Assembly (NCBI GenBank): GCA_002633005.1
Contig: NMRA01000059.1
Location: 771,150-835,149 of the forward strand
Length of the DNA stretch: 64,000 nt
Direction: 5' to 3'
Origin: Phoronis australis
Taxonomy: Eukaryota > Animalia > Phoronida
Program-made: the position numbers and the translations under genes
Shown here: piece by piece, positions 39,601 through 46,707 of the stretch
How positions within the stretch are numbered: the first letter of the stretch is position 1
Layout: each line of letters starts with the position of its first letter
The notes under the pieces: model-generated
Databases searched by the model: none
What the model was told of the DNA's origin: nothing
Seen by the model: only the letters and a program-made list of their open reading frames with translations

Positions 39601-41327
39601 GCGCTCCTATATTAGTAAAGAGACACCGTGTGAAGGCAGCCAAAAGGTCCCATACATTAATATAGGGGTCCGACGAAAGATGACGGTAGAGCGGGACCAC
39701 ATATTGATGTACTGTAGGTGGCCTCGCTCTTTGATAGCTTTTTGGACGGACCCGCTACATTAATACATGTCCGAAGTTTTGCATTTTAATAAGAAAAAGA
39801 CATTCAAAATAATAAGACGTTAATTGTTTATATGTTTTCTGCATCGCCAAATGTGCCTGATTTGATCACAGACGTGCTAGTTCAGTTTACCATATACATA
39901 CTGTACGAGGAGTAATTGGTCCTAGTCTGAAAAAGTTGGTCGGTTCTCTGCAATTAGAGTCAAATTGGGCACGTAATCTAACTTGTGTGGCTTGTAAAAA
40001 ACTTGGGGTACCTGGAATACAAAAACCACCACTGGATACCAGTGGAACTATTTACTGGGTCAATAAAAGTATTTTTACATTTTGGGACCCCTATAGTCTT
40101 ACTGTACACCTTGTAAAATGTCGAGATTCTAAGATTTAAGTCTGAAAAAGTTGGTCGGTTCTCTGCAATTAGAGTCAAATTGGGCACGTAATCTAACTTG
40201 TGTGGCTTGTAAAAAACTTGGGGTACCTGGAATACAAAAACCACCACTGGATACCAGTGGAACTATTTACTGGGCCAATAAAAGTATTTTTACATTTTGG
40301 GACCCCTATAGTCTTACTGTACACCTTGTAAAATGTCGAGATTCTAAGATTTATGTGTCAACTATTTACAGTGTTATCGTAAACATCCAAACTATGCGAC
40401 TTGTAAACAGTTAATGTGATGCTTTTGAGCTAAAAACCAAGACACATTTCTATTGTAAATCCAGCTGACAGTTGCATGAATTTGTGCTTCTAATCTACCC
40501 TGACTGCAACCAACTCATTGCATTATTACGTATATGAATAACTTTTATGGCTGGTCATGCTCTAAGGTCAATGCAACATTCAGTGTTAAGGCCAACAGTT
40601 AATGAAAGTATATTTAAAAATTAGTTATCCACTCAGCAATAACATATAATTTTAAATTGGTCATATCACAGCAGCTTAAGGAAATCAAAGTCTCGTACAT
40701 GTATGTTTCGTGAATTTGGCTCAAGACTTAAAACCGAAATTTGGTATTACTGTACGCTTCCACTTCAAAGTTGGCGAAAAAATGTTTAGCCAAGTAATTA
40801 TTATTATTAGCGAAGCAGCTCACTCTAAACTAACTCTTAGAATTTACCTCAGTAATTAGCGGTTAGGTGTATATTTTCAGAGACTGCACTCAAGTGAGAT
40901 TTCATTATTTTTCAGAAATCATTGTGTGGAGCGTAAAACCAGATTTCTGACTGAAGTCCTTAGTCACGTTTAAACATTCACACCTCCTGTCACGTGACCT
41001 TTTTTCTTTATAAGGAACCGTGGGAGTTCCCTAGAACAGAGATTTTATGCAAGGAATTTGTTTTCATGATATATTACGAAGAAATGTGCTCGTTAGTATA
41101 CAATTGCAAACTGTTGATTTTTATCAAAAGTTCGGTATGCACCGATATCATCAAAAAAGCTATTGCTTTATCCCTGGGAATCTCACCTTGACAATGGTCG
41201 TGACATTCTGCACATCAAGAAGATTAGAATCCGCCGTATAGGAATAGTGGTAATCGTGACCGTCTTCAAAGTTAACGAAACATTGCGCGGGTCCTAAAAA
41301 TATTGCTATCACGATAAAGAAGAGCAT
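1..41327 (-). CDS. Gene A (whole span, 32+ exons, 3' end outside window): giant secreted large-lipid-transfer (vitellogenin-N/MTP-like) multidomain protein with a LECT2/M23-like module
   Basis: 32 GT-AG exons splice into one open frame of 5605 nt (>1860 aa) with every intron phase matching. It has a signal peptide and LLT-type motifs FEDGHDYHYSY, LKKAVTSIFS, LIEALGNTG and RRSGIHALR. Confidence 0.88.
1396..1553 (-). CDS. Gene A exon 31
   Basis: tag/gtaagt sites, phase 0-2: VTTTPFAGVKAWGSASISIGIASAGVEVIGYLLETQFPITGKVKFSKFPIDV. Confidence 0.88.
2040..2460. mobile_element. Degenerate MITE-like element
   Basis: About 50-bp imperfect inverted repeats: gcctcaaataatccctcggaagtgtttcat (2111-2140) versus atgaaacacctccgaggaatgacttgaggc (2378-2408). 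Ends are approximate. Confidence 0.5.
2668..2738. repeat. 35-bp tandem duplication
   Basis: agcgtaatctaagagacaagccatcaaataattac occurs twice. Confidence 0.9.
3345..3415 (-). CDS. Gene A exon 30
   Basis: cag/gtacgt sites, phase 1-0: FGAGGSVGLSLTAGFCMLSMEAR. Confidence 0.85.
3849..3914. mobile_element. 66-bp GC-rich mini-hairpin repeat
   Basis: Perfect 10-bp terminal inverted repeats catgggcggc/gccgcccatg. Related copies lie near 59002-59149 and 60988-61100. Confidence 0.6.
4713..4872 (-). CDS. Gene A exon 29
   Basis: aag/gtaggt sites, phase 0-1: LVANPELFLELLGTSFPDKTDFCVDGAIPLKPLDATFFRYSMMYVIGPVPVRF. Confidence 0.85.
6179..6321 (-). CDS. Gene A exon 28
   Basis: tag/gtacgt sites, phase 1-0: TTSDGVEDQVKNMKLELFSEECLAAEVGNRDDLLQFLNELRTATLDA. 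Confidence 0.8.
9492..9695 (-). CDS. Gene A exon 27
   Basis: cag/gtacat sites, 204 nt, phase 1-1: DEHEIEIPNFGFG...EAELCSTSFPTC...PNTPCLS. Confidence 0.85.
9830..10320. repeat. Degenerate CAT/TAC-rich low-complexity repeat
   Basis: Repeated catcactatcattgttcgtctc and accattctc motifs. Confidence 0.7.
10345..10548 (-). CDS. Gene A exon 26 (Cys-rich module)
   Basis: cag/gtaact sites, 204 nt, phase 1-1: CPSLEPGIGEGSGLFCTPHSDCLGVQCGVV...LNKCKDTLDV. Confidence 0.87.
11062..11336 (-). CDS. Gene A exon 25
   Basis: cag/gtaagt sites, phase 2-1: DSPKIYDVLNVNEYTISQLLHILG...ERYIKFPSG. Confidence 0.87.
12823..13412 (-). CDS. Gene A exon 24 (C-terminal part of LECT2/M23-like module)
   Basis: cag/gtaagt sites, phase 0-2: LVNPVVGLVKK...IKAGDEIGTV...SFIHVAMRK...VDPAPY. 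Confidence 0.9.
14122..14296 (-). CDS. Gene A exon 23 (N-terminal part of LECT2/M23-like module)
   Basis: cag/gtaagt sites, phase 2-0: VEKSRMLVQKIFGPKF...CDNSDCACGVF...YQPGIDLSVSKGKK. Confidence 0.9.
15095..15261 (-). CDS. Gene A exon 22
   Basis: tag/gtaagt sites, phase 0-2: EEQEILIANQFITMLKDTLSPMDELKVIAKPFIEAYNSVFDVINGVKKAYLDVKT. Confidence 0.87.
15773..15936 (-). CDS. Gene A exon 21
   Basis: cag/gtcagt sites, phase 1-0: KLPYWMNLGPELKDLITDIKTAV...GDGIITM. Confidence 0.87.
16270..16340 (-). CDS. Gene A exon 20
   Basis: cag/gtaact sites, phase 2-1: IKMAISMAFGAKEKIEEACFFKS. Confidence 0.85.
17219..17361 (-). CDS. Gene A exon 19
   Basis: cag/gtaata sites, phase 0-2: AIVDVATVTLPYVIRSIIDAINDAVKGIETIFNTPLQSIQRIGKSVL. 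Confidence 0.87.
18293..18625 (-). CDS. Gene A exon 18 (amphipathic helices)
   Basis: cag/gtaagt sites, phase 0-0: DFGINDITELADFFDKIISQV...DIMNFYN. Confidence 0.9.
19863..20008 (-). CDS. Gene A exon 17
   Basis: cag/gtaagt sites, phase 1-0: PLSGYFEVDIYNTAFVKG...YDLNVLK. Confidence 0.88.
20250..20845. mobile_element. MITE with about 150-bp imperfect terminal inverted repeats
   Basis: Left arm ctggcccagtagagac...gaagcttttcggcgaa...tttgcgcataga (about 20255-20400) is the reverse complement of tctatgcgcaaaa...ttcgccgaaaagcttc...gtctctactgggccag (about 20698-20840). Confidence 0.8.
20960..21129 (-). CDS. Gene A exon 16 (contains RSKR furin-type site)
   Basis: cag/gtaaga sites, phase 2-1: KRYTYPAVLHSRSKRALPSLHFELRLPGIDW...LELRL. 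Confidence 0.88.
21672..21855. repeat. 88-bp tandem duplication
   Basis: cgcggtattatatccaagatgtacttctgagc...acaaatgtca occurs twice. Confidence 0.9.
22040..22300. repeat. Dispersed repeat, second copy near 23960-24170
   Basis: Shared blocks tctattctacttt, ctcaagatga, taatcctagttt and tctgaattcgaaattt. Confidence 0.6.
22823..22953 (-). CDS. Gene A exon 15
   Basis: tag/gtgagt sites, phase 0-2: SAAALLDLVVNDYHDTVRDQAYHMY...DLIL. Confidence 0.87.
23294..23520 (-). CDS. Gene A exon 14 (LLT helical region)
   Basis: tag/gtaatc sites, phase 1-0: KVELAAIRIRRD...LIEALGNTGH...WRRSGIHALRWYSCKK. Confidence 0.9.
24971..25111 (-). CDS. Gene A exon 13
   Basis: cag/gtaagt sites, phase 1-1: THNNTKITHNACLTLGALAKTL...WLGHHDG. 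Confidence 0.88.
25375..25429 (-). CDS. Gene A exon 12
   Basis: cag/gtaatg sites, phase 0-1: VTVNAVWAICFGPNKEKH. Confidence 0.83.
25945..26231 (-). CDS. Gene A exon 11
   Basis: cag/gtaagt sites, phase 1-0: APARTECVHKLKEFF...IDMLCHLGTPEAQLLL...LKNPTT. Confidence 0.9.
26906..26990 (-). CDS. Gene A exon 10
   Basis: cag/gtaagt sites, phase 0-1: SPPKKVPLEDVAENITSSLECIRGIHNK. Confidence 0.85.
27571..27670 (-). CDS. Gene A exon 9
   Basis: cag/gtaatt sites, phase 2-0: KIISVFPRPETDSNLSKDEFETDSIRIGGVNHK. Confidence 0.78.
28063..28117 (-). CDS. Gene A exon 8
   Basis: cag/gtgagt sites, phase 1-2: FPRIKSASTVKVVLHSK. Confidence 0.78.
28595..28668. repeat. 39-bp tandem duplication
   Basis: ggctgtacacatagagtctcttggca occurs twice. 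Confidence 0.85.
30121..30167 (-). CDS. Gene A exon 7, copy b
   Basis: cag/gtaagt sites, 47 nt, phase 2-1: KPQPGEYSFEGTSDR. Confidence 0.7.
30608..30733. repeat. 21-bp minisatellite, 6 copies
   Basis: Unit gagacaaaatacagacaaatt. Confidence 0.95.
31568..31614 (-). CDS. Gene A exon 7, copy a
   Basis: cag/gtaagt sites, 47 nt, phase 2-1: RPQPGEYSFEGTSDR. Confidence 0.7.
32374..32462 (-). CDS. Gene A exon 6
   Basis: tag/gtgacg sites, phase 0-2: QLNLSPEKEVKDVTTEDRITLQKAPEPPT. Confidence 0.8.
33600..34165. repeat. Dispersed repeat; inverted copy at about 54735-55290
   Basis: About 550 bp are colinear, e.g. gatttgtctgtacaacagaccaca versus tgtggtctgttgtacagacaaatc, and gactagccaatcagaaacgtcggtgta versus tacaccgacgtttctgattggctagtc. 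Confidence 0.8.
34370..34525 (-). CDS. Gene A exon 5
   Basis: cag/gtttga sites, phase 0-0: DETKNIWTYKYNDTDHSGTREHQYFVQ...ERYHQK. Confidence 0.83.
35096..35216 (-). CDS. Gene A exon 4
   Basis: cag/gtaatc sites, phase 2-0: FLFHHDDSGEIKFVHYHKEDEDEVISLKKAVTSIFSVHVQ (LLT N-terminal beta-domain motif). Confidence 0.9.
36466..36502 (-). CDS. Gene A exon 3 (37 nt)
   Basis: cag/gtaagt sites, phase 1-2: SYNPLNWVLSR(P). It bridges the phases of exons 2 and 4 and gives LSRPFLF. Confidence 0.75.
38424..38570. repeat. 36-bp minisatellite, about 4 copies
   Basis: Unit agtgtactacttcagtgtaagggcacgtgcactctc. Confidence 0.95.
38940..39030 (-). CDS. Gene A exon 2
   Basis: cag/gtgaga sites, phase 0-1: IRIRRLNKTDDGSLNQLFVESVFQRTEQGL. 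Confidence 0.83.
39924..40353. repeat. 215-bp near-perfect tandem duplication
   Basis: ORFs at 39936 and 40151 are nearly identical, with one V/A difference visible. Confidence 0.95.
41187..41327 (-). CDS. Gene A exon 1 (signal peptide)
   Basis: ATG 41327, MLFFIVIAIFLGPAQC/FVNFEDGHDYHYSYTADSNLLDVQNVTTIVK, donor gtgaga. Confidence 0.88.
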
Positions 41328-41384
41328 ATTTCTTGTTCGAGCAGACGACCACCTCACTGTGTCATGTCCCTTTCTCGCGCTCTG

Positions 41385-41420
41385 CTCGAATGACAAATAC
41401 CGTGTGAATGTTTAAAACTC
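41385..41420 (-). promoter_or_regulatory. Possible TATA-like plus Initiator core promoter of gene A
   Basis: Minus strand has TTTTAAA about 26 nt upstream of TCATTC, about 60 nt before the ATG. Motif match only. Confidence 0.3.
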
Positions 41421-41749
41421 TGAAGGCAACAGGGCATGAACAAGGTGACCCGTGTGTCAAAATTAACAATTGTATTCACATCAGTAGTTTAATCAATGTA
41501 GACTCGTGCCTAACCTGTCACGATTCACTGAAGTCGGGTGTTTGTCCAGCAAACAGTATATATCGCAACTTGAGGTCAGCGGGTGTTCTACGTAGATGAA
41601 TGTTTCAAACACATGTATATGTTTGGGGTGCACAATACACTGATTCTTAATTTTCATGAAATTCTTGAGTTATATTATAATATGATATAATATTAGTATC
41701 GTATTGCAGTAACAAATAGCAGTTTTGACAACCTATTTCACATGTTCGA

Positions 41750-43990
41750 TAATATATATGTGTGTGTGGGCGCGCGCGCGCGTGTGTGTGTGTACTTATT
41801 GTTTTACGGATTAATACACACTCTCTCGTAGTCTCTAAACAGTTCTCAATTCTCCTATCTTCAGGCGTGCAGCTATGTAGCAAAACACCGAGAAACATAA
41901 CACACAAACAAGTTAAAACACTAGATATAATTCGAGACCGCATGTCTCATCATCAGGCAATGGGTGAAATGAACATCTACGACGTGAAATAATCAGTGGC
42001 ATAAACGGAGACAGCAGGTAGAGGAGCATACATCATGCACGTAGCCAGGGAGGGTTCGGGAGGTTCGATCGAACCACCCCCGCGGAAAAGGTCCAGCCCT
42101 AGCCTACATGTATGTGATAGATAAGATAGGATGTACGTGTACATGTAGATGGACAACAACAAAAACAACAAAATTTTTTCGGCTACTAGTACTACTAACC
42201 ACAATTATAAGCAAATTAGTATTAATTTTGAATTTGTTTCTGATTCAAAGGGCTTCACATAATCATCGGGCCGTACCCGAATCGAGTGGTGTTTGCGTAG
42301 ATGACAGGATCAAGCAGACGATTAAAGGAGGCTTTCATACGCCGTAAAACGTAACAAATTGAATGTCGTAAAATATAACAACTGTTACATGTACATGTTA
42401 CGGCATTGCTAGGCATATCCTAAAATGAAACAAGTTGATGCATTTTATTGAATTGTTAATTTCATCGAATACACATACAAGAAATGTACCATTGTTACAT
42501 TTTTCGAAAGCACTTTTTGATAATGGAGAATTGTAATTGGTTAGGAGAACATAGACAATTGCAATTAATTCAAGGCGTGAGGTTTTATATAACCTGTTTG
42601 ATGACTGACTCGTTCGTGAGGCTTTTATTTGGTCATCTAGGTGTAGGATGTTTTCGCCAGCAGTTCTTTTTTTTCAGTCCTAAAAAACGTCGTAAGCACA
42701 CCTCGGTTTAGATGCGGTGCAAAGTCAGAATGGTCCGTGAGACACATCTGCTCTTCTCCAAGAAGGCGCGTTTCACTTGTGGAATTTCGTGGCAGCAAAG
42801 GCAAGTGTCAGTCGTTTCCATTATCGTGCAGTTAGTTCCGCAGTCACGGTCAATTCAAACGCCGCGGGTTTTCGGAACTATCCATGTGTTCCGTTTCCTG
42901 TGCACGTTCATGGAGCCTCTCAATTATTGTTGATCATTGTATTCCGGTTCGAACTGATAGCCTGTGAAACCTAGCGATCGACCAGGTGAAGTCTTCGTCG
43001 GATTAGCACTCGTCTAAGTCGGGATTGCGAGTTGCCGCGTTGACGTTTGTTATTGTGTGTTCTGTTTCAAAATGAATTATTCTCACCCTATCCAATGCTT
43101 ATATAAAACTGAAACAAAGTCTGTCTCATTTGATACAATTTGTAATAAATAATCAACTAAACTGCAGCCTCCTGAAGCAAAACATGTAAAATTACCACAC
43201 GTCGCATCATCTGATAACCGACCATTTACAATATGTACACGTACATTAAGTTCACAACACATGTTAATGAGGGCATTACCAAAGTTATCCTCATTTCTGG
43301 ATTAAAATTCCGTCTTATCTCAAGCCATCGCCGCCGTGCATACAGATTTCTCTTCACCATAATTAAACTGCGTCAAGGGCCTTACCGAAAACTCGTAGTG
43401 TCGATTTTTGCCAACGGGTCCACCTTTCTAGAACTTCACAATACTGGCTAGGGGCCTCTACAAGCAGACAGTCTGAATGTATCACACGGTAAGAACCCCA
43501 CAAGCCTAACGAAACAGAGCCAGCGTGCGGTACAAACCTGTGACTTGCTCACAGAATCATCGTGCAGTACACACCTGTGTGCTGCTCACAGGTGTGTACC
43601 GCTGCTGGCTGTTTCGTTGGACTTGTGGGTTTCCTACCGTAAGATACATTCACACTCTCTGCTTGTATGCCTCTCTACTGTATGCCTCTCTACTTGCTGT
43701 CTCCGTTTATGTCACTGTCTGTTTCTCTTAGTACAAGTTCATTTCACTCATTGCCTGGTGATGATGAGACACGTGGTCTCGAAGTATAGCTTAGTGTTTT
43801 AACTTGTTTGCCTGTTATGTCTCTCGGTGTTTTGCTGCACGCCTGAAGACAGGAGATTGTTTAGAGACTACGAGAGAGTATGTATTAAGCTGTCAAACAA
43901 AAAGTACAGCCGTGTCTTCAATATCAAGTTTGTGTTTATGAAGGGTTGCTGCCGTATATGTGTATGTGTGTCTACGAGTGAACGCGCACG
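41750..43990. mobile_element. About 2.2-kb segment bounded by about 280-bp imperfect inverted repeats
   Basis: 41811-42030 (ctctctcgtagtctctaaac...tcatcatcaggcaatg...ataaacggagacagca) is the reverse complement of 43680-43890. Both outer ends carry GT/GC microsatellites. Confidence 0.7.
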
Positions 43991-44483
43991 CGTGCGTTCG
44001 TGCGTGCGTGCGCGCGTTCGTGCGTGTGTATGTTTGCGTATGTAGTTGGAACATTGAAAGTATTAGACAAGTACCTGGGGTCAAATACAGTAACAACACC
44101 CAGGCTGCTGAAACTGCAACCAGCGTTTAAAATGTTTTCAGGAAAGTAGTGCAAAATAATCTATTTCGTCATACAAAATATAGAATTGCTAAAGTTAATA
44201 AAACTTTAAGTGTAACACTCCGAAAATAATGCCTTCACAGCTGAATACTTTAGTACCTGTAAGCGATCACAATTTCTGTGAACTGACGCGTAATTTAAGC
44301 AATTGACATTAGACTTGTTATGAAATATAATACATAAAGACTTTATAAATAAATAAACACATTTCGTACACGCGGTATTACGACTGGAATCATAATGACA
44401 CATGAACAATTACACAATTTGGAAAATGTTTTGAGCAAAAATCATGGGTGCGTTAAGGAATCCACAACATCTGTCTCCGTTCA

Positions 44484-44768
44484 GTTAAAGCGGCATTAAA
44501 CCAATGTTGTCTGTCAAAATCAGTTTTGTTTTAGTCCCCGTTACGTTATAAAATTGGGTTGCTACTTGCTCAGTAGTGATAAATGACCTCTGGGCTTGGA
44601 ATGAAGTAACTCTATGTTTCTCCAGACCAAGTTCATAAAATCCGAGATTTGAAGAAATAACGAAGTGTCAGTTTTTTCAAAGTCCAGAAATTACATCAAA
44701 TTTGATAAAGGAAGAGTGAGAAGCCATCATCATTTTTGACAGAGAGCACGGATTTGATGCCACATCAA
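44484..44768. mobile_element. Degenerate MITE (TTAAAG-start type)
   Basis: ttaaagcggcattaaaccaatgttgtctgtcaaaat versus tttgacagagagcacggatttgatgccacatcaa form imperfect inverted ends. Confidence 0.45.
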
Positions 44769-46225
44769 CGCCTCCAATATTAATCTGTAAGATATTGATG
44801 CTGCTACCATTATAATTTACCACTGATAATCACGCCTTGTGGCGGAGTCAGGTTCAGGGGAATAAAGATTGAAGGAAAATTAATAATATCCTGATCGTGA
44901 CAATGGTGCAAAATTGTCAGGTCACTGCAACGTTAGGCCCTTTGTCCAGGGCGGGGTTGCGAGATCACGCAAGTCATGCATTTTAAGCATTGCACGTGAT
45001 CTTACTTGTACAGATCCTCTCAAATACTAGGGTCCCGAGTTCTGGGTTACATTTACAGACGACAGTACTCTTGAATTTGTCGTTTGAGTAACGCAAGATG
45101 GCTCCAATGCAACACCAAGATCACGTGATTTTCGAGGGTGTCACGTCAATTCACTGATCCTGATACGAGTAAATTGGCCGCCACTGGTGACGGGACGGAC
45201 ATTGGATGTGCTAAATTGTGGAAATTAACGATAGGAAAACACATGAACTGATTCCCACTTGCATTGTTTTAGGAAGATTATCACCTCGCCGCGTAGCTGA
45301 TGATGACCGGTTGAGGATGAGTGGGCCTCAGGTTATAAACCGGAAGCTGTACAGTTTATGGCTCAAATTCATGTAACATACAACTGTCGAAAAGGAAAGC
45401 TTGATAACGATACTGTTTCTGCTTTGTTTTTATTTAGAATATCCGTAAAGGAGTTTTCACGCCAAACCATCGACTTAGGCAAAAATGAGTCCCAAGTGAC
45501 TGTCCTTGAGCATGAATCTTTTTTTCTGATTTCGAAGTAGAATAGACTTATTTAAATTCTTGATTTACGCTGGTGAACTCGTACTTATATATAAAACAAA
45601 GGAAAGTAGACAATAAACACACAGGGTGTTAAATTCACGGGTACTTCCCATTCTAGTGACATCACCCGATAGGCAAAATTCATCGCTCTGATAATTACAA
45701 CTCACAGATGATCCTTTAGTCATAGTGGCGGGTCTAGGATATGTTGTGCGAGGGGTTAACCACAGTTTTCAAAGAAAAGCGCATGGGTAGACCTTTAAAC
45801 GGGCATGCCGACGTTGTTTTCAGTCTGTAAAAGCACCCACCCCCTGACTGTTTGTGTGCCAAACAAAAGGTAGCGGCAAAGGAAATCAACCACATTTAAT
45901 TTGATTAGCCTTACGGCAACATGAACACAATGGAAAAAACTTTCAAGGTTACCTTGTTTAGTTGAATTTTGCAAAGAATGACATGTGTCATAGGCGGTTT
46001 TGGGATGCAGCTTGCCCTCCGCTCACCCTGCACCTATGGCCAAAAAGAAAAAAGCTACGACACACCGTTCAAGGAGAAATGTGAAGATCTGCACATTGTA
46101 TATTGTAGCAGCGCCTCCTGGTGGTGATTTTCTAGATCCTCAAGATCACTTTGCCATTCTGGAAATGCGAATACCGATAAGTAATAGCTTAAATCTCGAC
46201 AATTCATGAGCAAAATACACAGTAA

Positions 46226-46707
46226 TCAGATATCGACATCAGTCATCACGGGCATGACAAACTCCGAGTGTCGCACGCCAATTGAAAACTTTGGTCCACT
46301 ACGAACACTTGCGGTGGCTTGATGTACATTGTATGCTCCTGGACCAGGTTTCATCGTTTTGTCTCTGTACTGGTTTGTTCGGCTGGACAGTGAAAATGTG
46401 GGAGCTTTTCTCTTGAAGCTGTTTGTATTGTCTGAACTATAGGCGGCAGGTCCCTGTGTCTTCGAAGCATCGTAAAGGTAACTACCAACCCCGAACCTGT
46501 TGTCTTTGCCCCCGAAACTGACTTGAAAACAGTTCTTGCGGGCGGGGTCACGTTGTCCAATACCAGCTGGGGTTTGATACGACTGCGGACCAGGCATCTT
46601 GTTATCGTGACTGTACTTATACGGAGCTTTGATGGTGACTGTGCGTTTATGTTCAGGTTTCGTAGGATTGTAATTGTTCGGTGACGGGAAGTCAGCTGTT
46701 TTATTTT
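46226..46707 (-). CDS. ODF3: Gene B exon 4 (last)
   Basis: cag acceptor, phase 1: NKTADFPSPNNY...MPGPQSY...QGPAAY...KPGPGAY...TDVDI*. Confidence 0.9.
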
